From NCBI GenBank assembly GCA_965655095.1, contig CBFHFQ010000354.1, forward strand, positions 1 through 64,000: 64,000 nt of DNA, given 5' to 3'. Both the position numbers and the translations under genes were made by a program. Shown piece after piece: positions 40,101 through 53,741 of the stretch (its first letter is position 1; each line of letters begins with the position of its first letter). The stretch is from Haplodiscus bocki. Its lineage: Eukaryota. Under the pieces are notes generated by a model that was not told where the DNA came from, ran no database searches, and worked only from the letters and a program-made list of their open reading frames with translations.

Positions 40101-43100
40101 TCAGAAGCTTGCTACTTGAGGAGAGCTCTGCAAAAAAGAAATTATCAATATTCATCTTTCCGTTGAATTGCTGGGAGCTCGAAAGTGGCATAAATTGCCA
40201 CTAGATTTTACAAATCTTGAGTTCCTTGGTCATGTTTTTTCAGAGACTTTGGCTTCAATCCTCCTATCAAAGTCCGGTTCGGGAGCTTTTTTCCGTGGAG
40301 GAAAAAGTTGTCGAAAGAAATGTTGCGATTCCTTTGGTGGATTTTTGTTTGTCCAAGACTTGCTGCGAATGAAAACAAAACTCCAAATCTAAATTTTTGT
40401 ACCCCCAAAACTAACTTCTTCACACCACCTGCAATATCTGAGTCAAAAATTTCTTCGTTGCAGGCGAATACTCTAAAGTTAACTCATCATTTATGTCGTT
40501 TGTGTTTAAGTATTTGATAGGCTGGAAATACCAAAAAACTCTAAAACTCATTGAACTTTGAAAGCAACCTTTCTAGAAAACTACCCGCTTAACTTCGCCC
40601 GCAACGGAATTGAAAAATTTTATCTGCCGAAGTGTTTCAGATAAAAGTACATTGTTTCGGTCGTAATCTTCGTAGTCCATCAGAGCAGAAAAAAAATTTT
40701 TAATCCGCCAGGGTATCAACCAGCAGCTCTCTACTTCAAAAGGTTAATGCCGCTAGGAAGTCCACGATTTTGTTCTCTTCATTGGAGTCCCGACAGTTGA
40801 ATCGCTGCCATTTTGCTTCTCAGTTCAACGTAATCGGGTTGGCGAATTCTTTTTTCTGACACGTTTTGACTGGATTTCTACCATTACTGTCCCAGTCAGC
40901 AGTGTTCAATTTTCTTTTACTTGTGGTGAGCTGCCCAATTATGAAGTTATCGGTTTTCTTTTATCCTTTGAAATCCTTTCTTGCGGAAAACTGAGAGATT
41001 GTCACTGAAAATGACGTATATTGATATTAAATTCTTTTTTCTTCTTTAGTCCTTGTATCAACTGTCAGCTTTTTTACGGAGCGCTATGCAAGTAGCAGCT
41101 CATCAGTTCCCTTGCTTCAGTCAGAATACTGTCGGTGCGAAAAGAACAAAACTTGATATCCAGATTTAGGAACTTCGATCTTCCAGTTCATACCTCCTAG
41201 TAGCTCCTAGTTTCTAATCAACCATCAAAAACGCAGTCAGAAGTTATTTCTTTCTAGGAGAACGAGAAATAGAAAAAAACATTGAACATCATCCTGACAT
41301 CAGAATTTTGATCATCCAAAATGCTATTGAAAGTTGACATATCTTGACATTCAAATTCTTTTGTCTCCCATTTTAAGGGCTTGACTTCCTCCTTCACTGT
41401 CTGAAAATGCACTTTTCTATTTGTAAACAATGCTACAATGAGAAAATTATTGGTGGTTTTCTCGTTTTTGACTGTAGACGGTTCGAATGTTACGAACTTC
41501 CAATTGAGTTGGGCGTTGTTCCATTTCCTAATTGACTCCTCTCCATAAATTTTGACTAAAATTCGTTTGGCATGGTTTGAATCAATTTTTCTCTAAGTAT
41601 TCACTTGTGGAGGGCTTTTCATTTAAGAGTTTTTTGAATCTCGTCCCTTCATCAGTTCCTTAACAGTTCGAGAAAAAACAAAAAAGATTGCTTTTGGTTT
41701 CGATATATCTCGATTTTCATTCCCATAAATGGTCAGAACAGCTAGCTTGACTTCTCGTGTCACGGTCTTGAGCAGGAGTTTTTAGTTCTAGGAAACAATC
41801 GGATCAGACACTCGTTGAGGCTCTCATTTCAGTCGGTGTCATGACAGTTCCAACATGGCTTAAATTGTTGCTAGTGTTGACATTTCTGAAGTTCCACATT
41901 GATCTTTCCAATATAATATGAATTGGGTATTACTACCAGCCTTGTCTAAATCAGAAGCTTGCTACTTGAGGAGAGCTATGCAAGAAAGAAATCATCAGTA
42001 TTCATCTTTCCGTTGAATTCCTGGGAGCCGAAAGTGGCATAAATTGCCACTAGATTTTACAAATCTTGAGTTCCTTGTCGAAAGAAATGTTGCGATTCCT
42101 TCGGTGGATTTTTGTTTGTCCAAGACTTGCTGCGAATGAGAACAAAACTCCATATCTAAATTCTTGCACCGCCAAAACTAACTGCTTCACACCACCTGCA
42201 ATATCTGAGTCAAAAGTTTTTTCGTTGAAGGCGAATACTCTAAAGTTAACTCATCCTTTATGTCGTTTGTGTTTAAATATTTGATAGTCTAGAAATGCCA
42301 AAAAACTCCAAAACTCATTGAATTTTGAAAGGAACTTTTCTAGAAAACTACCCGCTGAACTTCGCCCGCAACGGAATTGAAAAATTTTATCTGCCGAAGT
42401 GTTTCAGATAAAAGTACATCGTTTCGGTCGTAATCTTCGTAGACCCTCAGAGCAGGAAAAATTTTTTTAATCCGCCAGGGTATCAACCAACAGCTCTACT
42501 TCATAAGGATAATAACGCTAGGAAATCCCCGATTTTGTTCTCTTCATTTGAATCCCTACAGTTGAAACGCTGCAAATTTGCTTCTCAGTTCAACGTAATC
42601 GGGTTGGCGAATTCTTTTTTCTGACACGTTTTGAGTGGATTTCTACCATTACTGTCTCAGTCAGCAGTGTTCTGTTTTTTTTACTTGTGGTGAGCTGCCC
42701 AATTATGAAGTTATCGGTTTTCTTTTATCCTTTGAAATCCTTTCTTGCGGAAAACTGAGAGATTGTCACTGAAAATGACGTATATTGATATTAAATTCTT
42801 TTTTCTTCTTTAGTCCTTGTATCAACTGTCAGCTTTTTTACGGATAGCTATGCAAGTAGCAGCTCATCAGTTCCCTTGCTTCAGTCAGAATACTGTCGGT
42901 GCGAAAAGAACAAAACGTGATATCCAGATTTAGGAACTTCGATCTTCCAGTTCTTACCTCCTAGTAGCTCCTAGTTTCTAATCATCCATCAAAAACGCAG
43001 TCAGAAGTTATTTCTTTCTAGGAGAAGGAGAAATAGAAAAAAACATTGAACATCATCCTGACATCAGACTTTTGATCATCCAAAATGCTATTGAAAGTTG

Positions 43101-46100
43101 ACATATCTTGACATTCAAATTCTTTTGTCTCCCATTTTATGGGCTTGGCTTCCTCCTTCACTGTCTGAAAATGCACTTTTCTACTTGTAAACAATGCTAC
43201 AATGAGAAAATTATTGGTGATTTTCTTGTTTTTGACTGTAGACGGTTCGAATGTTACGAACTTCCAATTGAGTTGGGCGTTGTTCCATTTCCTAATTGAC
43301 TCCTCTCCATAAATTTTGACTAAAATTCGTTTGGCATGGTTTGAATCAATTTTTCTCTAAGTATTCACTTGTGGAGGGCTTTTCATTTAAGAGTTTTTTG
43401 AATCTCGTCCCTTCATCAGTTCCTTAACAGTTCGAGAAAAAACAAAAAAGATTGCTTTTGGTTTCGATATATCTCGATTTTTATTCCCATAAATGGTCAG
43501 AACAGCTAGCTTGACTTCTCGTGTCACGGTCTTGAGCAGCAGTTTTTAGTTCTAGGAAACAATCGGATCAGACACTCGTTGAGGCTCTCATTTCAGTCGG
43601 TGTCATGACAGTTCCAACATGGCATAAATTGTAGCTAGTGTTGACAATTCTGAAGTTCCACATTGATCTTTCCAATATATTATGAATTGGGTATTACTAC
43701 CAGCCTTGTCTAAATCAGAAGATTGCTACTTGAGGAGAGCTCTGCAAAAAAGAAATTATCAATATTCATCTTTCCGTTGAATTCCTGGGAGCTCGAAAGT
43801 GGCATAAATTGCCACTAGATTTTACAAATCTTGAGTTCCTTGGTCATGTTTTTTCAGAGACTTTGGCTCCAATCCTCCAATCAAAGTACGGTTCGGGAGC
43901 TTTTTTGCCGTGGAGGACAAAGTTGTCGAAAGAAATGTTGCGATTCCTTCGGTGGATTTTTGTTTGTCCAAGACTTGCTGCGAAAGAAAACAAAACTCCA
44001 TATCTAAATTTTTGTACCGCCAAAACTAACTGCTTCACACCACCTGCAATATCTGAGTCAAAAGTTTCTTCGTTGAAGGCGAATACTCTAAAGTTAACTC
44101 ATCATTTATGTCGTTTGGTTTTAAGTAGTTGATAGGCTGGAATTGCCAAAAATCTCCAAAACTCATTGAATTTTGAAAGGAACTTTTCTAGAAAACTACC
44201 CGCTGAACTTCGCCCGCAACGGAATTGAAAAATTTTATCTGCCGAAGTGTTTCAGATAAAAGTACATCGTTTCGGTCGTAATCTTCGTAGACCCTCAGAG
44301 CAGAAAAAATTTTTTTAATCCGCCAGGGTATCAACCAGCAGCTCTACTTCATAAGGATAATGCCGCTAGGAAATCCCCGATTTTGTTCTCTTCATTTGAA
44401 TCCCTACAGTTGAAACGCTGCAAATTTGCTTCTCAGTTCAACGTAATCGGTTTGGCGAATTCTTTTTTCTGACACGTTTTGAGTGGATTTCTACCATTAC
44501 TGTCTCAGTCAGCAGTGTTCTGTTTTTTTACTTGTGGTGAGCTGCCCAATTATGAAGTTATCGGTTTTCCTTTGTCCTTTGAAATCCTTTCTTGCGGAAA
44601 ACTGAGAGATTGTCACTGAAAATGACGTATATTGATATTAAATTCTTTTTTCTTCTTTAGTCCTTGTATCAGCTGTCAGCTTTTTTACGGAGCGCTATGC
44701 AAGTAGCAGCTCATCAGTTCCCTTGCTTCAGTCAGAATACTGTCGGTGCGAAAAGAACAAAACGTGATATCCAGATTTAGGAACTTCGATCTTCCAGTTC
44801 ATACCTCCTAGTAGCTCCTAGTTTCTAATCATCCATCAAAAACGCAGTCAGAAGTTATTTCTTTCTAGGAGAAGGAGAAATAGAAAAAAACATTGAACAT
44901 CATCCTGACATCAGACTTTTGATCATCCAAAATGCTATTGAAAGTTGACATATCTTGACATTCAAATTCTTTTGTCTCCCATTTTATGGGCTTGACTTCC
45001 TCCTTCACTGTCTGAAAATGCACTTTTCTACTTGTAAACAATGCTACAATGAGAAAATTATTGGTGGTTTTCTTGTTTTTGACTGTAGACGGTTCGAATG
45101 TTACGAACTTCCAATTGAATTGGGCGTTGTTCCATTTCCTAATTGACTCCTCTCCAAAAATTTTGACTAAAATTCCTTTGGCATGGTTTGAATCAATTTT
45201 TCTCTAAGTATTCACTTGTGGAGGGCTTTTCATTTAAGAGTTTTTTGAATCTCGTCCCTTCATCAGTTCCTTAACAGTTCGAGAAAAAACAAAAAAGATT
45301 GCTTTTGGTTTCGATATATCTCGATTTTTATTCCCATAAATGGTCAGAACAGCTAGCTTGACTTCTCGTGTCACGGTCTTGAGCAGCAGTTTTTAGTTCT
45401 AGGAAACAATCGGATCAGACACTCGTTGAGGCTCTCATTTCAGTCGGTGTCATGACAGTTCCAACATGGCATAAATTGTAGCTAGTGTTGACAATTCTGA
45501 AGTTCCACATTGATCTTTCCAATATATTATGAATTGGGTATTACTACCAGCCTTGTCTAAATCAGAAGATTGCTACTTGAGGAGAGCTCTGCAAAAAAGA
45601 AATTATCAATATTCATCTTTCCGTTGAATTCCTGGGAGCTCGAAAGTGGCATAAATTGCCACTAGATTTTACAAATCTTGAGTTCCTTGGTCATGTTTTT
45701 TCAGAGACTTTGGCTTCAATCCTTCAATCAGAGTACGGTTCGGGAGCTTTTTTGCCGTGGAGGACAAAGTTGTCGAAAGAAATGTTGCGTTTCCTTCGGT
45801 GGTTTTTTGTGTGTCCAAGACTTGCTGCGAATGAAAACAAAACTCCATATCTAAATTTTTGTACCGCCAAAACTAACTGCTTCACACCACCTGCAATATC
45901 TGAGTCAAAAGTTTCCTCGTTGAAGGCGAATACTCTAAAGTTAACTCATCATTTATGTCGTTTGGTTTTAAGTAGTTGATAGGCTGGAATTGCCAAAAAT
46001 CTCCAAAACTCATTGAATTTTGAAAGGAACTTTTCTAGAAAACTACCCGCTGAACTTCGCCCGCAACGGAATTGAAAAATCTTATCTGCCGAAGTGTTTC

Positions 46101-49100
46101 AGATAAAAGTACATCGTTTCGGTCGTAATCTTCGTAGACCCTCAGAGCAGAAAAAAAATTTTTAATCCGCCAGGGTATCAACCAGCAGCTCTCTACTTCA
46201 TAAGGATAATCCCGCTAGGAAATCCCCGATCTTGTTCTCTTCATTTGAAGCCCGACAGTTGAAACGCTGCAAATTTGCTTCTCAGTTCAACGTAATCGGG
46301 TTGGCGAATTCTTTTTTCTGACACGTTTTGACTGGATTTCTACCATTACTGTCTCAGTCAGCAGTGTTCTGTTTTTTTTTTACTTGTGGTGAGCTGCCCA
46401 ATTATGAAGTTATCGGTTTTCTTTTATCCTTTGAAATCCTTTCTTGCGGAAAACTGAGAGATTGTCACTGAAAATGACGTATATTGATATTAAATTCTTT
46501 TTTCTTCTTTAGTCCTTGTATCAACTGTCAGCTTTTTTACGGAGCGCTATGCAAGTAGCAGCTCATCAGTTCCCTTGCTTCAGTCAGAATACTGTCGGTG
46601 CGAAAAAAACAAAACGTGATATCCAGATTTAGGAACTTCGATCTTCCAGTTCCTACCTCCTAGTAGCTCCTAGTTTCTAATCATCCATCAAAAACGCAGT
46701 CAGAAGTTATTTCTTTCTAGGAGAAGGAGAAATAGAAAAAAACATTGAACATCATCCTGACATCAGACTTTTGATCATCCAAAATGCTATTGAAAGTTGA
46801 CATAACTTGATATTCAAATTCTTTGTCTCCCCTTTCATGGGCTTGGCTTCCTCCTTCACTGTCTGAAAATGCACTTTTCTACTTGTAAACAATGCTACAA
46901 TGAGAAAATTATTGGTGATTTTCTTGTTTTTGACTGTAGACGGTTCGAATGTTACGAACTTCCAATTGAGTTGGGCGTTGTTCCATTTCCTAATTGACTC
47001 CTCTCCATAAATTTTGACTAAAATTCGTTTGGCATGGTTTGAATCAATTTTTCTCTAAGTATTCACTTGTGGAGGGCTTTTCATTTAAGAGTTTTTTGAA
47101 TCTCGTCCCTTCATCAGTTCCTTAACAGTTCGAGAAAAAACAAAAAAGATTGCTTTTGGTTTCGATATATCTCGATTTTTATTCCCATAAATGGTCAGAA
47201 CAGCTAGCTTGACTTCTCGTGTCACGGTCTTGAGCAGCAGTTTTTAGTTCTAGGAAACAATCGGATCAGACACTCGTTGAGGCTCTCATTTCAGTCGGTG
47301 TCATGACAGTTCCAACATGGCATAAATTGTAGCTAGTGTTGACAATTCTGAAGTTCCACATTGATCTTTCCAATATATTATGAATTGGGTATTACTACCA
47401 GCCTTGTCTAAATCAGAAGATTGCTACTTGAGGAGAGCTCTGCAAAAAAGAAATTATCAATATTCATCTTTCCGTTGAATTCCTGGGAGCTCGAAAGTGG
47501 CATAAATTGCCACTAGATTTTACAAATCTTGAGTTCCTTGGTCATGTTTTTTCAGAGACTTTGGCTCCAATCCTCCAATCAAAGTACGGTTCGGGAGCTT
47601 TTTTGCCGTGGAGGACAAAGTTGTCGAAAGAAATGTTGCGATTCCTTCGGTGGATTTTTGTTTGTCCAAGACTTGCTGCGAAAGAAAACAAAACTCCATA
47701 TCTAAATTTTTGTACCGCCAAAACTAACTGCTTCACACCACCTGCAATATCTGAGTCAAAAGTTTCTTCGTTGAAGGCGAATACTCTAAAGTTAACTCAT
47801 CATTTATGTCGTTTGGTTTTAAGTAGTTGATAGGCTGGAATTGCCAAAAATCTCCAAAACTCATTGAATTTTGAAAGGAACTTTTCTAGAAAACTACCCG
47901 CTGAACTTCGCCCGCAACGGAATTGAAAAATTTTATCTGCCGAAGTGTTTCAGATAAAAGTACATCGTTTCGGTCGTAATCTTCGTAGACCCTCAGAGCA
48001 GAAAAAATTTTTTTAATCCGCCAGGGTATCAACCAGCAGCTCTACTTCATAAGGATAATGCCGCTAGGAAATCCCCGATTTTGTTCTCTTCATTTGAATC
48101 CCTACAGTTGAAACGCTGCAAATTTGCTTCTCAGTTCAACGTAATCGGTTTGGCGAATTCTTTTTTCTGACACGTTTTGAGTGGATTTCTACCATTACTG
48201 TCTCAGTCAGCAGTGTTCTGTTTTTTTACTTGTGGTGAGCTGCCCAATTATGAAGTTATCGGTTTTCCTTTGTCCTTTGAAATCCTTTCTTGCGGAAAAC
48301 TGAGAGATTGTCACTGAAAATGACGTATATTGATATTAAATTCTTTTTTCTTCTTTAGTCCTTGTATCAGCTGTCAGCTTTTTTACGGAGCGCTATGCAA
48401 GTAGCAGCTCATCAGTTCCCTTGCTTCAGTCAGAATACTGTCGGTGCGAAAAGAACAAAACGTGATATCCAGATTTAGGAACTTCGATCTTCCAGTTCAT
48501 ACCTCCTAGTAGCTCCTAGTTTCTAATCATCCATCAAAAACGCAGTCAGAAGTTATTTCTTTCTAGGAGAAGGAGAAATAGAAAAAAACATTGAACATCA
48601 TCCTGACATCAGACTTTTGATCATCCAAAATGCTATTGAATGTTGACATATCTTGACATTCAAATTCTTTTGTCTCCCATTTTATGGGCTTGACTTCCTC
48701 CTTCACTGTCTGAAAATGCACTTTTCTACTTGTAAACAATGCTACAATGAGAAAATTATTGGTGGTTTTCTTGTTTTTGACTGTAGACGGTTCGAATGTT
48801 ACGAACTTCCAATTGAATTGGGCGTTGTTCCATTTCCTAATTGACTCCTCTCCAAAAATTTTGACTAAAATTCCTTTGGCATGGTTTGAATCAATTTTTC
48901 TCTAAGTATTCACTTGTGGAGGGCTTTTCATTTAAGAGTTTTTTGAATCTCGTCCCTTCATCAGTTCCTTAACAGTTCGAGAAAAAACAAAAAAGATTGC
49001 TTTTGGTTTCGATATATCTCGATTTTTATTCCCATAAATGGTCAGAACAGCTAGCTTGACTTCTCGTGTCACGGTCTTGAGCAGCAGTTTTTAGTTCTAG

Positions 49101-51611
49101 GAAACAATCGGATCAGACACTCGTTGAGGCTCTCATTTCAGTCGGTGTCATGACAGTTCCAACATGGCATAAATTGTAGCTAGTGTTGACAATTCTGAAG
49201 TTCCACATTGATCTTTCCAATATATTATGAATTGGGTATTACTACCAGCCTTGTCTAAATCAGAAGATTGCTACTTGAGGAGAGCTCTGCAAAAAAGAAA
49301 TTATCAATATTCATCTTTCCGTTGAATTCCTGGGAGCTCGAAAGTGGCATAAATTGCCACTAGATTTTACAAATCTTGAGTTCCTTGGTCATGTTTTTTC
49401 AGAGACTTTGGCTTCAATCCTTCAATCAGAGTACGGTTCGGGAGCTTTTTTGCCGTGGAGGACAAAGTTGTCGAAAGAAATGTTGCGTTTCCTTCGGTGG
49501 TTTTTTGTGTGTCCAAGACTTGCTGCGAATGAAAACAAAACTCCATATCTAAATTTTTGTACCGCCAAAACTAACTGCTTCACACCACCTGCAATATCTG
49601 AGTCAAAAGTTTCCTCGTTGAAGGCGAATACTCTAAAGTTAACTCATCATTTATGTCGTTTGGTTTTAAGTAGTTGATAGGCTGGAATTGCCAAAAATCT
49701 CCAAAACTCATTGAATTTTGAAAGGAACTTTTCTAGAAAACTACCCGCTGAACTTCGCCCGCAACGGAATTGAAAAATCTTATCTGCCGAAGTGTTTCAG
49801 ATAAAAGTACATCGTTTCGGTCGTAATCTTCGTAGACCCTCAGAGCAGAAAAAAAATTTTTAATCCGCCAGGGTATCAACCAGCAGCTCTCTACTTCATA
49901 AGGATAATCCCGCTAGGAAATCCCCGATCTTGTTCTCTTCATTTGAAGCCCGACAGTTGAAACGCTGCAAATTTGCTTCTCAGTTCAACGTAATCGGGTT
50001 GGCGAATTCTTTTTTCTGACACGTTTTGACTGGATTTCTACCATTACTGTCTCAGTCAGCAGTGTTCTGTTTTTTTTTACTTGTGGTGAGCTGCCCAATT
50101 ATGAAGTTATCGGTTTTCTTTTATCCTTTGAAATCCTTTCTTGCGGAAAACTGAGAGATTGTCACTGAAAATGACGTATATTGATATTAAATTCTTTTTT
50201 CTTCTTTAGTCCTTGTATCAACTGTCAGCTTTTTTACGGAGCGCTATGCAAGTAGCAGCTCATCAGTTCCCTTGCTTCAGTCAGAATACTGTCGGTGCGA
50301 AAAAAACAAAACGTGATATCCAGATTTAGGAACTTCGATCTTCCAGTTCCTACCTCCTAGTAGCTCCTAGTTTCTAATCATCCATCAAAAACGCAGTCAG
50401 AAGTTATTTCTTTCTAGGAGAAGGAGAAATAGAAAAAAACATTGAACATCATCCTGACATCAGACTTTTGATCATCCAAAATGCTATTGAAAGTTGACAT
50501 AACTTGATATTCAAATTCTTTGTCTCCCCTTTCATGGGCTTGACTTCCTCCTTCACTGTCTCAAAACGCACTTTTCTAGTTGTAAAAGATGCTACAATGA
50601 GAAAATTTTTGGTGGTTTTCTTTTTTTGAGCTGTAGACGGTTCAAATGTTACGAACTTGCAATTGAGCTGGGCGTTGTTCCATTTCTTTATTGACTCTTC
50701 TCCATAAATTTTGACTAAAATTCGTTTGCAATGGTCTGAATTAAATTTTCTCTAAGTAATCGTTTGTGGAAGGCTTTTTATTTAAGAGTTTTTTGAATCT
50801 CGTCCCTTCATCAGTTCCTTAACAGTTCGAGAAAAAACAAAGATTGCTTTTGGTTTCGATATATCTCGATTTTTATTCCCATAAATGGTCATAACAGCTA
50901 GCTTGATTTCTCGTGTCACGGGCTTGAGCAGCAGTTTTTAGTTCTAGGAAACAATCGGATCAGACACTCGTTGAGGCTCTCATTTCAGTCGGTGTCATGG
51001 CAGTTCCAACATGGCATAAATTGTTGCTAGTGTTGACAATTCTGAAGTTCCACATCGATCTTTCCAAAATATTATGAATTACTACCAGCCTTGTCTAAAT
51101 CAGAAGCTTGCTACTTGAGGAGAGCTCTGCAAGAAAGAAATAATCAATATTCATCTTTCCGTTGAATTGCTGGGAGCTCGAAAGTGGCATAAATTGCCAC
51201 TAGATTTTACAAATCTTGAGTTCCTTGTCGAAAGAAATGTTGCCATTCCTTCGGTGGATTTTTGTTTGTCCAAGATTTGCTGCGAATGAAAACAAAACTC
51301 CATATCTAAATTTTTGTACCGCCAAAACTAACTGCTTCACACCACCTGCAATATCTGAGTCAAAAGTTTTTTCGTTGAAGGCGAATACTCTAAAGTTAAC
51401 TCATCCTTTATGTCGTTTGTGTTTAAATTTTTGATAGTCTAGAAATGCCAAAAAACTCTAGAACTCATTGAGCTTTGAAAGGAACATTTCTGGAGAACTA
51501 CCAGATTAACTTCGCCCGCGAAGGAATTGAAAGTTTTTATCTGCCGAAGTGTTTGAAATAAAAGTACATCGTCTCCGTCGTAATCTTGGTAGTCCATCGA
51601 AGCAGAAAAAA
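22139..51611. repeat. Macrosatellite: 16 head-to-tail copies of a ~1.85-kb unit
   Basis: Unit start ccagggtatc at 22139, 24001, 25862, 27734, 29593, 31451, 33310, 35152, 36994, 38846, 40708, 42475, 44323, 46170, 48021 and 49868. The same short ORFs recur in the ORF track. Confidence 0.98.
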
Positions 51612-52538
51612 CGAGTCATCTCTTTTCGTCTTCAATTAAATTATTCTCCTTTTTTTGTTTGGAAATTGTGCAATCAAGGTCTCAATCAGTGACCTTTTAC
51701 AAATGGATTAATCTTCAATTTGAAAATCAATGAAATTGTCTTTATTTCAGAATGCTGATAGTCTGAAAGTGTCATGGTATGCTCCTAATTTCCAGAACCT
51801 TTGATATACAAACATATAGTTGTCTATAGAAAAAGGTTCGATCTCTTGTTCCCCCAAAGCTTGAAACATCAGTTTCTTAAAGAAGACTTTTCGATAGGCA
51901 AATCAATAATATAGGATATTGCGGAAAAAACCAGTAACCCTCGCTATCGCTCGCGCCACTAGTATTATCCGACAATATCCACACTCGCTCGTTCGCTTTG
52001 CTCACTCACCGGCTTCCTTCCAGTCTGCCTCTCGCCTATATTATTGCTCGGCTACGTCTCGCCTGTTTCACCATACCTGTTTCTTCAACTACATAAAAGC
52101 TGTATATGAAGTGAGCATGAACGCATGAAAACATGTATATATAATTCCACATTTATGTGAAATTAGAATTAACAAAAAATTTCCACGCGCACTTTTACTT
52201 TGAAGCGAGACTGAAAAATCACCACTACCACTACCAATGATGTATATATATATTCTAGTTTCTCTCCCTTTATTTTGCCTCCGCTTGCTGAATGGTATGT
52301 GAAGGATATTGACAAAAGTTAAGGCTCTGCCGCAGTGTTTGGGGTTCGCTGCTTCATACATTTCCCCAGTCTTTGTCATCAGTACCTGTGATTCTCCGGA
52401 TGGAACTGTCTTGCCATTAACTTGGTATAGTTGGGGAACTGTCACCAGTGATGCATCCGCTAGGCCGGGGTGGTACACTGAGCAGGTGCGGTTTTTGTAA
52501 AAGTTTATAATCTTCGACAAGATTAACAAATTCAAAAA

Positions 52539-53020
52539 ATGTCAACATACCTTAAACATGTAGAGATTATAAACTTTTTACCCACCTTGACATGTGGTAT
52601 ATCATTCGATAGCCCATTAACCAATTAATATACCCTGAAAAATTCAAACCCACATATATTACCATCTTCGAGAAAATTGACACAATCAGTATATGTCGAC
52701 ATACCTTAAACATGTAGAGATTATAAAACTTTAAGCCAGCTTGACGTGTGATGTATCAGTCGATAGCCCGTTGAAAAACTAGTTTACCCTGAAAATTTCA
52801 ACTTTGTATCAAATATAATCTTGGAGAAAATCGATAAAATCAGTATATGTTGACATACCTTAAACATGTAGAGATTATAAGATTTTAGGCTACAACAAAT
52901 TGTGATATATCATTGGATAATATATGTCATGAAAGAATAGTGTACACTAAAAATTTCAGCTCTGTATCTTTTATATTCTTCGAGATAAATGATAAAATCA
53001 GTATCGATTGATGAGATTAT
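52539..53020. repeat. Three 154-bp subterminal direct repeats
   Basis: atgt..acataccttaaacatgtagagattataa at 52539, 52693 and 52847. Confidence 0.92.
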
Positions 53021-53180
53021 AAGATTTCTTTTTATTTGATAATATTTTTTCATGATATCTCGTATTTCTTTGTCCACGTAGAATGTATTTTTTACGTTTG
53101 TCGTTATTTTTATTTTGTTTTACCTTTTCGAAGTATTCTTTTACTTTTACAACCCTTTATAAGTTAACAAATTATTCATC

Positions 53181-53435
53181 TTAATCAACTTCAGGCTCTG
53201 TATTACTTTTCGGTAACCAAGCTAATGTACGTTTTCTTAAAGTACAATAATGTTTTTTAATATCACCCTCTTTGTCTGAATAAAGTCTATCTATTATGAG
53301 ATTGATTTGGGAAAGTATTGCTAACATACTTACCATCTCTTTATTGCATTTATCGTTATACACCACTATTATATAATCACGTACGTCTTCTAAATTTCCA
53401 ATACCAACATGTTTTTCTATACCACACAATATCAT
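53181..53435 (-). CDS. Hypothetical viral accessory protein
   Basis: 84-aa ORF in the leftward gene block of the element. Confidence 0.4.
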   Translation of the reverse strand: MILCGIEKHVGIGNLEDVRDYIIVVYNDKCNKEMVSMLAILSQINLIIDRLYSDKEGDIKKHYCTLRKRTLAWLPKSNTEPEVD

Positions 53436-53741
53436 ACTATCAATAAAATTTAAACAATCACTAATTGATTTAATCTCCGTTTATTAAATATAAAAACCCA
53501 TACAATTAGATAAATCGCTCTGTTTATGCTTTACAATCATTGAAAAATAAAAAAAAATGTCTCTCACGATAATGTTATAATATTTCATTTTCTTTGTCTA
53601 ATCATAACTTGAAGGAATTTTATATGTTCTTAATTTTTAAAATGAGTCTTTTCTACAATTTGAGACATGATAATCAAACAGATCAACGAAATTTTCATTT
53701 GTTTCCATCAATGTAAAATTTTTAATGTTTTCTCTTTTAAT

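Noticed and set aside
22413-51434. Short recurring ORFs in the array as functional genes, or the array as an rDNA/histone/snRNA cluster
   Set aside because: The ORFs change length and frame between units, and I see no rRNA, histone or snRNA signatures.
52340-52400. Hammerhead ribozyme on the minus strand (CTGATGA...GAAA)
   Set aside because: No convincing stem II between the core motifs and no stem III with an NUH site. The CTGATGA at ~2115 also lacks a following GAAA.
52089-52535. 148-aa minus-strand ORF near the element end
   Set aside because: Non-ATG start, no TAAATG context or motifs, and it lies in the presumed non-coding terminal region.
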